Assembly: GCA_021813825.1 (NCBI GenBank)
Contig: JAKAJI010000001.1
Coordinates: forward strand, 1 to 48,415
Reading direction: 5' to 3'
Origin: Acidobacteriota bacterium
Lineage (GTDB): Bacteria > Acidobacteriota > Terriglobia > Bryobacterales > Bryobacteraceae
Length of the DNA stretch: 48,415 nucleotides
This document shows positions 17,738-26,587 of this stretch, piece by piece. A program made the translations under genes and the position numbers. The first letter of the stretch is position 1; every line of letters begins with the position of its first letter. The notes beneath the pieces are model-generated. The model searched no databases. It saw only the letters and a program-made list of their open reading frames with translations, and had not been told where the DNA came from.

Positions 17738-18655
17738 CTAGTTGCGCGACTCCTGAACCTTCGGTGTGGCGAGGTAGCCGGCGATGGTGTTTTTGCCGAC
17801 GGAGTTCACCACCAGTTCATAGGGCTGGCGGGCCTTGGAGACGTAGAACTGGAGGGGCTCGTTGATGGTGCGGTCTTTCTTCTCGACCTTCTTGTCGTCG
17901 GCGGTCAGCTCGATGGTGAAGCGGTTGTGCTTGGGGTCGGCTTTCTTCAACTGCACCAGCACGTCGCCCACTTTCGTCGGGGCCTTCTGCTTCTGGATGT
18001 GGAATTCGAAGTAGTTCCGTTCGCCAAGGGCCTTCAGCGCCGCCAGTTCCTTGCCGTTGGTGGCGATCAATCCGCTTTGGACATTGAGATCGCCGTTGGT
18101 GCGCTTGAGGTCTGCGATGGTCTTTTCAAGCTGCGATTTGGTGGAGGCCACGTCGGTTTTCACACCCGAAACCTCCGTGTTTACGGCGTTGAACTGCGTG
18201 CTTGTAGACTGCTTGACGTCCGAGATCTGCGAGTTAAGCAACTGCTGCTGCTGGGCTTGGGCAGCTTCGAGGCTTTTGCGGGTCTGCTCGATGCTCTTCA
18301 TCGCATCCTGTTTGGCCTGGCCGACGGCCTGCGCGGCCTGCTTCCGTTGTTCGTCCAGCCGCCTTTGCAGTTCGTCTACGGTGCGCCGGTTGGTCTGGTA
18401 GGTGACCGACGACGCCTCGCGAACCTTGGCGATCTCTTCGATCAGCGCGTCGCGTGTCTTCGACATCTCGCTGCGCGTGTGGTCAATCTGCAAATAAAGA
18501 AACACGTTCACCGCGGCCAGGACGGCGAGCCCGATGCCAATCAACACCACGGGCAGTTTGGATGGGGCCGGCGGTGCGTAATAAGCGGGCGCCGGAGGCG
18601 GCGGAGGGGGTGTTTCAGGCGGTAACGGAGATGACCCACTTCCTAAAATCGACAT
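17738..18655 (-). CDS. Hypothetical bitopic membrane protein: Pro-rich N-terminus, one TM helix, long coiled coil, conserved-looking C-terminal domain
   Basis: AAAGGAG lies 7 nt upstream of ATG 18655. PPPPPPAPAYYAPPAP, then TM LPVVLIGIGLAVLAAVNVFLYL, then about 150 aa of heptad-like Q/K/E-rich sequence, then a beta-rich tail (YFEFHIQKQK...FTIELTADDKKVEKKDRTINEPLQFYV). Confidence 0.6.
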   Translation of the reverse strand: MSILGSGSSPLPPETPPPPPPAPAYYAPPAPSKLPVVLIGIGLAVLAAVNVFLYLQIDHTRSEMSKTRDALIEEIAKVREASSVTYQTNRRTVDELQRRLDEQRKQAAQAVGQAKQDAMKSIEQTRKSLEAAQAQQQQLLNSQISDVKQSTSTQFNAVNTEVSGVKTDVASTKSQLEKTIADLKRTNGDLNVQSGLIATNGKELAALKALGERNYFEFHIQKQKAPTKVGDVLVQLKKADPKHNRFTIELTADDKKVEKKDRTINEPLQFYVSKARQPYELVVNSVGKNTIAGYLATPKVQESRN

Positions 18656-18762
18656 AGCAGCGCTCCTTTGGGGACTCGGCGGCAATCGTCTACCGCCTCA
18701 GTAATCATTCAAACACACTTAGCACGTCACTTAAGGGGATGGCGGAAACCCGGGTCCGGGTT

Positions 18763-20109
18763 TCAGAAATCGACGCCGACGCCGCGCCGCGGGCGGTTTT
18801 CGCGGATGGCTAGAGTGTTCTGGTCCGGTTCGGAATCGCATTCGGCCACGATGGTGGTGACGGGGCTATCCGGCGCGGCCGCGGGGAGACCTTCGAACCG
18901 CGTGCGGAATGGCTCCTGCACGACACGCACCTTGGCGCCGTTGGCCAGCAGATGCGCACTGTTCACCTTTACCGTTAAGCCACCGACAGCCACGGTTTCG
19001 CCTGGCCAGAAATGGACGTGGATGTAGAGCGTGTTTCCCTTGCGGGTGAAATTGGCAAAGGCGGAGCTATGTACTTTGCAGGGTTCGGCGGTGTAGATGG
19101 CCTCGCCGTTCTTCTGGAGCCACTTGCCGACGGCGGTGAGTGTGTCGATGGAAGGCTGCGGAATGGAGCCGTCCGCTTTGGGACCAATGTTGAGAAGATA
19201 GTTGCCGCCGCCGCGGGCGCAGGTGATCAGGTTGCGCGCGATTGTCTTGGGGGATTTCCAATCGTCGTCGGCGCGCTGGTAACCCCAACTGTCGTTCATG
19301 GTCATGCAGGCTTCCCAGGCATGATCTTTGGAGGCCTGGATGTGCTGCTCGGGCGTGTCGAAGTCCTCGGGAATGCCGGAGCGGTTGTTGATGATGATGC
19401 CGGGCTGAAGCTGGCGGACCATGGCGTTCATCTTTTCCGACTCCCAGCCCGCGGCATCGAGCGGCCAGTGGACGTCGTACCAGAGAACGTCCAACTTGCC
19501 GTAGTTCGAGCACAGTTCGTGAACGAGGCCGTGGGTGTAGTCGACGAAGCGGCGGCGGGCGGCTTCGTCGGTGGCGCACTTGGCGCCGTCGGGGTGGTGC
19601 CAGTCCATCAGCGAATAGTAGAAGCCGACACGCATTCCTTCGGCGTGGGCCGCTTCGACGAATTCATGCACGAGGTCGCGGCCGCAGGCCTGTTTCGGGG
19701 CGCAGTAGTTGGTGAGCTTGGTGTTCCACTGGCAGAACCCTTCATGGTGTTTGGTGGTCATGACCATGTACTTTTGCCCGGCGGCTTTGGCGAGTTTGGC
19801 CCAGGCGCGGGCGGAGTTGGGTTTCGGCGTGAAGCGCTTGGCGAGCTGTTCGTATTCGGCGACGGGGATGCCTTCGAGTTCCATGGCCCATTCGTGGCGG
19901 GCGAGTACGCTGTACAGGCCCCAGTGGATGAACATGCCGAAGCGGGCCTCGTGCCACCACTGCATCCGCGCCGCGCGTTCCTCGGGCGTTTCCTGGCTCT
20001 GTGGCGCCCCCGCCGCGTCAACGGCGATCATCGAAGCGCCCGCCCCCATCATGGCGAGCCAAGACCTGCGTGAAATCCGATTGCTGTCCATGGCCGGGCA
20101 TTCTATCAC
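18763..20109 (-). CDS. Alpha-L-fucosidase (GH29), Tat-exported
   Basis: Twin-arginine motif SRRSWLAMMGAGA. GH29 signature EARFGMFIHWGLYSV and HHEGF. An alternative ATG start is at 20091. Confidence 0.9.
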   Translation of the reverse strand: MIECPAMDSNRISRRSWLAMMGAGASMIAVDAAGAPQSQETPEERAARMQWWHEARFGMFIHWGLYSVLARHEWAMELEGIPVAEYEQLAKRFTPKPNSARAWAKLAKAAGQKYMVMTTKHHEGFCQWNTKLTNYCAPKQACGRDLVHEFVEAAHAEGMRVGFYYSLMDWHHPDGAKCATDEAARRRFVDYTHGLVHELCSNYGKLDVLWYDVHWPLDAAGWESEKMNAMVRQLQPGIIINNRSGIPEDFDTPEQHIQASKDHAWEACMTMNDSWGYQRADDDWKSPKTIARNLITCARGGGNYLLNIGPKADGSIPQPSIDTLTAVGKWLQKNGEAIYTAEPCKVHSSAFANFTRKGNTLYIHVHFWPGETVAVGGLTVKVNSAHLLANGAKVRVVQEPFRTRFEGLPAAAPDSPVTTIVAECDSEPDQNTLAIRENRPRRGVGVDF

Positions 20110-20208
20110 GGTGGAGATAACGTTATCAGGGCGGGCTTTTGGGGAACGCCAGGACTGTTCGCCGCCCCCGATCTTGTAATACCTTCATAAGGAAAGGAAG
20201 CTTGGCAA

Positions 20209-21030
20209 TTGCAATCTTTCCAGGGCACGGGAGTGCTCGTAACAGGGGCGGGACGCGGCATCGGAAAGCGGCTGGCGCTGGGGTTCGCCGCGCAGGGCGC
20301 GCGCGTCGGACTGCTGGCGCGGAGCAAGGCCGAGCTCGATCTCGCGCATCTGGAGATCGAGCATGCGGGTGGCGTGAGCCTGCGGATTCGCGCCGACGTC
20401 ACCGACAGCGAACAGATGACCGCCGCGGCGGACCGGATGCGCGTCAGCTTCGGCGGTGTGCAGGTGCTGGTGTGCGCGGCGGCGATCCAAGGCTCCGTGG
20501 GCCAGTTCGTGGAGAGCCCGGCGAAGACTTGGGCCGAAGTAATCCACACGAATGTGATCGGCGTGGCCAACTCGATTCGGGCGGTGCTGCCTTCGATGAT
20601 TGAGCGGCGCAGCGGGAAGATTGTCGTGCTGAGCGGGGCCGGGGCCGGATCCCCGCGGCCGAATTTCTCCGCCTACGCGGCGTCGAAGGCCGCGCTCGCG
20701 AGGCTGGTGGAGACGCTGGCCGAAGAGGTGCGCGAACACAACGTGCAGATTAACTGCATGAATCCGGGCCCTTCGTACACGCACATGACGGATGAGATCT
20801 TGAAAGCCGGGCCGCGCGCGGGGGAGCGCGAGATCGAAACGGCGCTGGAGGCCCGGCGCACGGGCGGCGTACCGGCGGCGCAGCAGATCGAACTGGCACT
20901 GTTTCTGGCCTCGGAGGAAAGCAACCATATCAGCGGCAGGCTATTGCACGTCACCGACAACTGGAAGCGGCTGAAGGATCATGCGATTGACCAGGATGCC
21001 TTTACGCTGCGGCGCATTCATCGCGGCTGA
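20209..21030 (+). CDS. SDR-family oxidoreductase
   Basis: VLVTGAGRGIGKRLA cofactor motif and YAASKAAL catalytic motif. AAGGAAAGGAAG lies upstream of TTG 20209. Confidence 0.9.
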   Translation: MQSFQGTGVLVTGAGRGIGKRLALGFAAQGARVGLLARSKAELDLAHLEIEHAGGVSLRIRADVTDSEQMTAAADRMRVSFGGVQVLVCAAAIQGSVGQFVESPAKTWAEVIHTNVIGVANSIRAVLPSMIERRSGKIVVLSGAGAGSPRPNFSAYAASKAALARLVETLAEEVREHNVQINCMNPGPSYTHMTDEILKAGPRAGEREIETALEARRTGGVPAAQQIELALFLASEESNHISGRLLHVTDNWKRLKDHAIDQDAFTLRRIHRG

Positions 21031-21045
21031 TTATGGATCGTGTGA

Positions 21046-22185
21046 ATGGGTAAGCGCGTTCTGATCCCGGCCGGCGCGGTGGTGTTGATCGCCGGGGCCG
21101 TGGCGTTGTGGTGGGCGCTGCGGCGTCCGGCGCAGAGCGAGCTTCGGGCGTCGGGAACAATTGAAGCCAGAAATGTTTTAGTTGGCTCGCGCGTGGCGGG
21201 CCGCGTGAAGCGCGTGCTGGTGCGCGAGGGGGACCGCGTGGCGGCGGGGCAGCTTCTGGTGGAACTGGAAAATACGGACCTCGGGCCGGAACTCGAGCAA
21301 TCCCGGGCGCGGCTGCGCCATGCCAGGGAAGTGCTCGCCATGATGCGGCGCGGCTACCGCGTGGAAGACGTGACGGCGGCTCGGGGTTCAGCCACCGAGG
21401 CGCAGGCGCAACTGGCGGAGGCGGTGCATGGATATCGGCCCGAGGAGATCCAGCAGGCGCGCGCGGACCGCGACCGCGCGGCGGCAGATGCCAAAATCGC
21501 GGAGGCCTCGCTAGCGCGACTCGAGCCATTGATCCAGAAAGACGAGATTTCGCGGCAGCAATACGACGATGCGGTGGCGCGGCGTGACAGCGCGGAAGCA
21601 TCGCTGCGCCGCGCCGAGAGCGTGTATCAGCAGATGCGGAACGGAAGCCGGCCGGAAGACATTGCCGCCGCGCGGGCCCGCAGCGCGGCCGCGGCCGCCA
21701 ACCTGAAACGCATGGAAGCCGGATACCGGCCCGAGGAGATCGCGCAGGCGGAGGCGGACGTCAAACAAGCCGAGGGCGAGGTGGCCGAGAGCGAAGCCCG
21801 GCTGAAGGAAATGCAGGTGACGGCGCCCGCCGCCGCGGTGGTGGAAGTACTCGACCTGCGGCCCGGCGACCTGGTGGCGGCCAACGCTCCCTTAGTTACT
21901 TTGCTTGAGACCGGGCAGCTTTATATTCGCGTGTATGTCCCGGAGACACGACTGAGCCAGGTCCGGCTGGGAGAGAGCGCAAAGCTGTCTATCGATTCGG
22001 CGCCGGGCGAGGCGTTCCCAGTCACGGTGGAACAGATCAACCAACAGGCCGAGTTTCTGCCTCGCAACGTGCAGACACTGGACGAGCGCGTGCACCAGGT
22101 CTTTGGCATCCGCCTGCGGATGGACAACAGCGCGGGCAGGCTACGGCCCGGGATGGCGGCCGATGTTACGTTTCCGCTCCCATGA
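21046..22185 (+). CDS. HlyD/YbhG-like periplasmic adaptor of an ABC exporter
   Basis: N-terminal TM anchor and a lipoyl-like motif (VKRVLVREGDRVAAGQLLVELE). Four repeats of G-Y/S-R-P/V-E-E/D-I/V-x-x-A in the coiled-coil hairpin, as in YbhG-type adaptors. Confidence 0.85.
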   Translation: MGKRVLIPAGAVVLIAGAVALWWALRRPAQSELRASGTIEARNVLVGSRVAGRVKRVLVREGDRVAAGQLLVELENTDLGPELEQSRARLRHAREVLAMMRRGYRVEDVTAARGSATEAQAQLAEAVHGYRPEEIQQARADRDRAAADAKIAEASLARLEPLIQKDEISRQQYDDAVARRDSAEASLRRAESVYQQMRNGSRPEDIAAARARSAAAAANLKRMEAGYRPEEIAQAEADVKQAEGEVAESEARLKEMQVTAPAAAVVEVLDLRPGDLVAANAPLVTLLETGQLYIRVYVPETRLSQVRLGESAKLSIDSAPGEAFPVTVEQINQQAEFLPRNVQTLDERVHQVFGIRLRMDNSAGRLRPGMAADVTFPLP

Positions 22186-23141
22186 TTGCGGCCATCGAGA
22201 CACGGGAAGTGACCAAGCGCTTCGGCGCGCTCACTGCGGTCAGCGAAGTTTCGATCCGCGTCGAGCAGGGCGATGTATTCGGGTTTCTTGGGCCGAACGG
22301 GAGCGGGAAAACGACTCTCATTAAAATGCTCACCGGGCTGCTGCCGGTGACTTCCGGCGAGGCGTTCGTCGACGGGCTGAACGTGATGAGCGATCCCGAA
22401 CAGGTGCGCCGCCGCATCGGTTACATGTCGCAGCAGTTCAGCCTGTACACGGACCTGACGGTGCTGGAGAACTTACGCTTTTATGGCCGAGTGTACGGGC
22501 TTCGGAACCAGTTGTTAAGTGAGCGCATCGGCGCGGTGATGGCGATCAACCATCTGGAGCCCTACCGGGACGTGATTTCCGGACGGCTCTCGGGGGGCTG
22601 GAAGCAGCGGCTTGCGCTCGGCTGCGCGCTGTTGCATGAGCCGCGCATCCTGTTCCTCGATGAGCCGACGGCGGGGATCGACCCGGTGGCGCGGCGCGAA
22701 CTCTGGGACCTGCTGTTCGATTTGTCGTCGCGCGGGATCACGTTCTTCGTCACCACGCACTACATGGACGAAGCCGAGCGGTGCAACCGGCTGGCCTACA
22801 TTTATAACTCGCGGCTGATCGCGTTCGGCTCGCCGGGCGAAATCAAACAATTGCCGGAAGTGAACCCTGCCGGGGCGCGCCGCGTCGAGATCACCTGTTC
22901 GGACCTGATGCGCGCGCTTCACAGTACCGCCAAGATCGAAGGCGTACGGTCGGCGACGGCGTTCGGGCAGAACCTTCATGCGCTGGTCGACGATACCCTG
23001 AGCGACGGCGCTTTGATTGCGGCGATCGAGGCCGCGGGGCTTCCCGGAGCCACAGTCCGGACGATTTCCCCGACGCTCGAAGACGCTTTCGTCGCGATCA
23101 CGAACCAACATCGCGCGGCGCTGGAGTCGATCCGTGGCTAA
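22182..23141 (+). CDS. ABC transporter ATP-binding protein
   Basis: ATGA overlap with the adaptor gene. Walker A GPNGSGKTT, signature LSGGWKQR, Walker B ILFLDEPT. Confidence 0.9.
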   Translation: MIAAIETREVTKRFGALTAVSEVSIRVEQGDVFGFLGPNGSGKTTLIKMLTGLLPVTSGEAFVDGLNVMSDPEQVRRRIGYMSQQFSLYTDLTVLENLRFYGRVYGLRNQLLSERIGAVMAINHLEPYRDVISGRLSGGWKQRLALGCALLHEPRILFLDEPTAGIDPVARRELWDLLFDLSSRGITFFVTTHYMDEAERCNRLAYIYNSRLIAFGSPGEIKQLPEVNPAGARRVEITCSDLMRALHSTAKIEGVRSATAFGQNLHALVDDTLSDGALIAAIEAAGLPGATVRTISPTLEDAFVAITNQHRAALESIRG

Positions 23142-24255
23142 CATCTTCGGCGGGTTCAAGGCGGTGATGTACAAAGAAGCGCTTCACCTGCGCCGCGATT
23201 CGGTGGCGCTGGTGATCGGCCTGATCGTCCCGCTGGCGCAGTTGGCCGTGCTCGGTTTCGGGATCGACACGAACGTAAGGCATGTCGCCACCGTGGTACT
23301 CGACGAGGACCATCGGCAGGAGAGCCGCGACTTCCTGAACCGTTTGTCGAATTCTGACACGTTTTATCTGAAGCAGTACGTAAGCAGCGACCGCGAGTTG
23401 CACGAGGCCGTGGTAAGCGGCAGGGCGCGGGTGGCGATCGAGATTCCACCGGACTTCAGCGACCGGCTTCGAAAGGGCCGCACAGCGCAGATTCTGGTGC
23501 TGGTGGACGGTTCGGACTCAAGCGTCGCCGGGCAGGCAATCAACGTCGCCTTCGGCCTGGGCTTGGATGAATCGCTGCGGCGCGTACTGACGCCCGGGCA
23601 GGCGATGCCGATCGATGTCCGTGCGCAGCTTCTTTTCAATCCCGATTCGCGATCGCCGAACTTTTTTCTGCCTGGGCTTACGGCGGTACTGCTGCTCAGC
23701 GTGACGACCTTTCTGACGGCTTTTTCGATTGTCCGGGAAAAAGAGCGCGGGACCCTGGAACAGCTTTTCGTCACGCCGGTGCGGCCGCTCGGGCTGCTGT
23801 TGGGAAAGATCGTGCCGTATCTGGTGATCGGCTACTTCGAGCTTTGCCTCATCCTCACGCTGATGCGATGGGTATTCTTCGTGCCGATTCACGGCAGCCT
23901 GATCACACTGCTGGTTCTGTCGATTCCCTACCTGTTCGTGGCGCTTGCCTTCGGGACGTTCATCTCGACAACGGTGCGATCGCAGTCCGAGGCGATGCAG
24001 AAGGCGTTTCTCATCTTCATCCCGAGCATCTTTTTCTCGGGCTACATTTTTCCCCGTGAAAACATGCCGGCGATCTTCTACTGGTTCAGCTTTCTGGTTC
24101 CGGCGACGTTTTACGTGGACATCACGCGCGGCGTCATTCTCCGCGGGGCGGGAGTGCGGGAGCTGTGGGCCGACGGTCTGGTATTGACGGTGATGGGCGT
24201 AGGGCTGCTGTTGCTTGCGGCGCGGCGCTTCCAGCGCAAGTCGATCAACTCCTGA
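23134..24255 (+). CDS. ABC-2 type transporter permease
   Basis: GTG 23134 overlaps the ATPase stop by 8 nt. One N-terminal TM helix, a large extracytoplasmic loop, then five C-terminal TM helices typical of YbhS/YbhR-like permeases. Confidence 0.85.
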   Translation: MANIFGGFKAVMYKEALHLRRDSVALVIGLIVPLAQLAVLGFGIDTNVRHVATVVLDEDHRQESRDFLNRLSNSDTFYLKQYVSSDRELHEAVVSGRARVAIEIPPDFSDRLRKGRTAQILVLVDGSDSSVAGQAINVAFGLGLDESLRRVLTPGQAMPIDVRAQLLFNPDSRSPNFFLPGLTAVLLLSVTTFLTAFSIVREKERGTLEQLFVTPVRPLGLLLGKIVPYLVIGYFELCLILTLMRWVFFVPIHGSLITLLVLSIPYLFVALAFGTFISTTVRSQSEAMQKAFLIFIPSIFFSGYIFPRENMPAIFYWFSFLVPATFYVDITRGVILRGAGVRELWADGLVLTVMGVGLLLLAARRFQRKSINS

Positions 24256-24355
24256 AGTGCCCGGCAGCGGATGGTACCATGGAGGACATTCCATGTGATT
24301 GCGCGGCAGGAATCCGTTCCGGCGGCGTTGCGTGAGGAAGAAGGAAGAACGCGCC

Positions 24356-26587
24356 ATGAGTTGGTCATCGCGGCGCATGGTTTTGGCGGCCCTGCTGGCC
24401 GTAACTGTCGCCGGGTTGCACGCGGCAGAGGGAGATGGGAAGCCGGCAGCCGATAGCCGTCAAGCGTACGCGGACAAAATACGCTCCAGCTACCATTTCG
24501 CTTTCGGCAGCGGCAACATTGCGGCGCCCGGCGATCTGCAAGTCGAGGGCAATGACTTTCTTTCTCCCCAGACATTTCCCAGCGCCGAATACTGCGGCCA
24601 CTGCCACAGCGAGGCGTATCGCCAGTGGCGCGAGTCGCTTCACGCGAACTCCTTCCGGGAGCCGTTCTATCGCACCAGCGTGAATATTCTTCCCCGCACG
24701 AAGGGGATTGAATTTACGCGGCACTGCGATTCCTGTCATAACCCGATCGGCGTCGCTGCCGGAGAGCTGACCGAGAACTCCCAGGCCGACCGCCGTTCGG
24801 ACACCGACGGCGTGACCTGCATGGTATGCCACTCGATTCAAAAGTTGCAGCCGGAAGAAGGAAACGGCAGCGTCGTGCTTGGCGTGCCGGCGGTGATGGT
24901 AGACGAGAAGGGCGAACCGATCCGTGGTCCGGTTTCCGACGACGAGATCCTGAAGTACCCGGAGCGGCACGCGCGCGCGGTGATGAAGGATTTCTACCAC
25001 ACGGCGCAATTCTGCGGCGCCTGCCATAAGGCCAACCTGCCGAAGGGCCTGAACGATTACAAGTGGATTCGCGCGTTTACGACGTACGATGAGTGGCAGG
25101 ACTCGAAGTTCTCCGGCCAGACGCCGCTGCCGTTCTACACCGCGGCCGTGACGCGCTGCCAGGATTGCCATATGCCGCGCGGCGCGGCGCCGGCGAGCGA
25201 ATACGGCGCCAAGCACGGCATGTTCGCTTCGCACCGGTGGGCGGCCGGAAATACGGCGGTGCCGTTCTATTACGGGTTCACCGAGCAGTTGGAAAAGACG
25301 GTCGAGTTTCTCAAGTCCGGAATGTATCTGAATGTCGATCTGTTCGGGCTGAAACCAGCCGGCGGTTCAATGATCGCTCCGCTCGGTACGAAACCGTTCT
25401 CTGTTTCGGCCGGACAGACCGTGCAAGTCCTCGCGGTCATCCAGAACAAGAACATCGGACACTCGCTTGTTCCCGAGGTGCGCGACCTCTATGAGGCTTG
25501 GGTGGAGTTTGAGGCGACCGACGGCGCGGGCCGCGTGTTGGCCCACAGCGGATTCCTGAAGCCCGACGGAATGCTCGATGAACGGGCGCATTCCTTTACG
25601 AATCGGCCGGTGAATTTGTATGGAGACTTTGTCGACGATCACCAGGTGTGGACGATTCACTCGATGGCCTACGACAACACGATCCAGTCCGGACGATCCG
25701 CTCTGGTGCGGTATGCGTTTCGCATTCCGGGCGACGCCAAGAGTCCGATCCAGGTCACGGCCAAGGTGAATTATCGTCACATCCGGCAAAGTTACACCAA
25801 CCATGTGTTTGGGCCAGACCATCCGGCGTATCCGGTGGTTGAACTCGGTTCGCAGACGCGGCAAATCGTTTTGGGTTCGAACGCGCCGACGCCGCCCGGC
25901 AAGAATGACAACCCGGACTGGATGCGCTGGAACAACTTCGGCATCGCGCTGATGGATCAGCAGCAGTACGCCGAGGCGCTCGACGCCTTCGAGCAGGTGG
26001 TGGCGCTGCGTCCCGACTATGCCGACGGCTACATAAATGTAGCGCTCGATTATCTCTCGTGGGAGAAGTACGCGGAAGCCCGGCCGGGCCTGGAGAAAGC
26101 GCTGGCGCTGAATCCGCGAAACGCCCGCGCGCTTTACTATCTGGCTTTGGTCGAACGGCGCGAGCACCATCCGGAGGCCGAGCGAGCCGATCTTGAATCC
26201 GTTGTGGAGCGGTACCCGGGGTCGCGGGATGCGCGGCGGGAACTCGGCATTGCCTACTACCAGGAGCATAACTATGCCGCCGCCCGGGAGCAGTTCGAAG
26301 CTCTTCAGACCATTGATCCGGATGACCTGGCCGCGCATTACAACCTGGCTCTGATCTACCGGCGTCTCGGGATGAAGCAGAAGGCCGCCGAGCAGGCGGC
26401 GCTCTTTGCGCTGAAACAGATAGACCCCGGCGCACCGACTTACTCGCTGAACTTCCTCCGCAACCATCCGGAAATCTCGCGTGAAAGCGTGCCCTGGCAC
26501 GAGCACGACGAGACCGGCACAGTATCACACGCAGCAGTAGCAAACATGGCTCCCAACCCTTACGCATGCGGCGGAAGCAAGAAATGA
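24356..26587 (+). CDS. Exported pentaheme c-type cytochrome fused to a C-terminal TPR domain
   Basis: Signal peptide MSWSSRRMVLAALLAVTVAGLHA. Five CXXCH motifs: CGHCH 24593-24607, CDSCH 24725-24739, CMVCH 24818-24832, CGACH 25013-25027 and CQDCH 25157-25171. TPR repeats occupy the last ~230 aa. GAGGAAGAAGGAAG precedes the ATG. Confidence 0.8.
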   Translation: MSWSSRRMVLAALLAVTVAGLHAAEGDGKPAADSRQAYADKIRSSYHFAFGSGNIAAPGDLQVEGNDFLSPQTFPSAEYCGHCHSEAYRQWRESLHANSFREPFYRTSVNILPRTKGIEFTRHCDSCHNPIGVAAGELTENSQADRRSDTDGVTCMVCHSIQKLQPEEGNGSVVLGVPAVMVDEKGEPIRGPVSDDEILKYPERHARAVMKDFYHTAQFCGACHKANLPKGLNDYKWIRAFTTYDEWQDSKFSGQTPLPFYTAAVTRCQDCHMPRGAAPASEYGAKHGMFASHRWAAGNTAVPFYYGFTEQLEKTVEFLKSGMYLNVDLFGLKPAGGSMIAPLGTKPFSVSAGQTVQVLAVIQNKNIGHSLVPEVRDLYEAWVEFEATDGAGRVLAHSGFLKPDGMLDERAHSFTNRPVNLYGDFVDDHQVWTIHSMAYDNTIQSGRSALVRYAFRIPGDAKSPIQVTAKVNYRHIRQSYTNHVFGPDHPAYPVVELGSQTRQIVLGSNAPTPPGKNDNPDWMRWNNFGIALMDQQQYAEALDAFEQVVALRPDYADGYINVALDYLSWEKYAEARPGLEKALALNPRNARALYYLALVERREHHPEAERADLESVVERYPGSRDARRELGIAYYQEHNYAAAREQFEALQTIDPDDLAAHYNLALIYRRLGMKQKAAEQAALFALKQIDPGAPTYSLNFLRNHPEISRESVPWHEHDETGTVSHAAVANMAPNPYACGGSKK

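Noticed and set aside
18745-18764. Perfect inverted repeat GAAACCCGG-GT-CCGGGTTTC overlapping the fucosidase stop codon; considered as a terminator
   Set aside because: The loop is only 2 nt and no U-tract follows on the minus (sense) strand. It may still be a structural or processing element, but I cannot support a terminator call.
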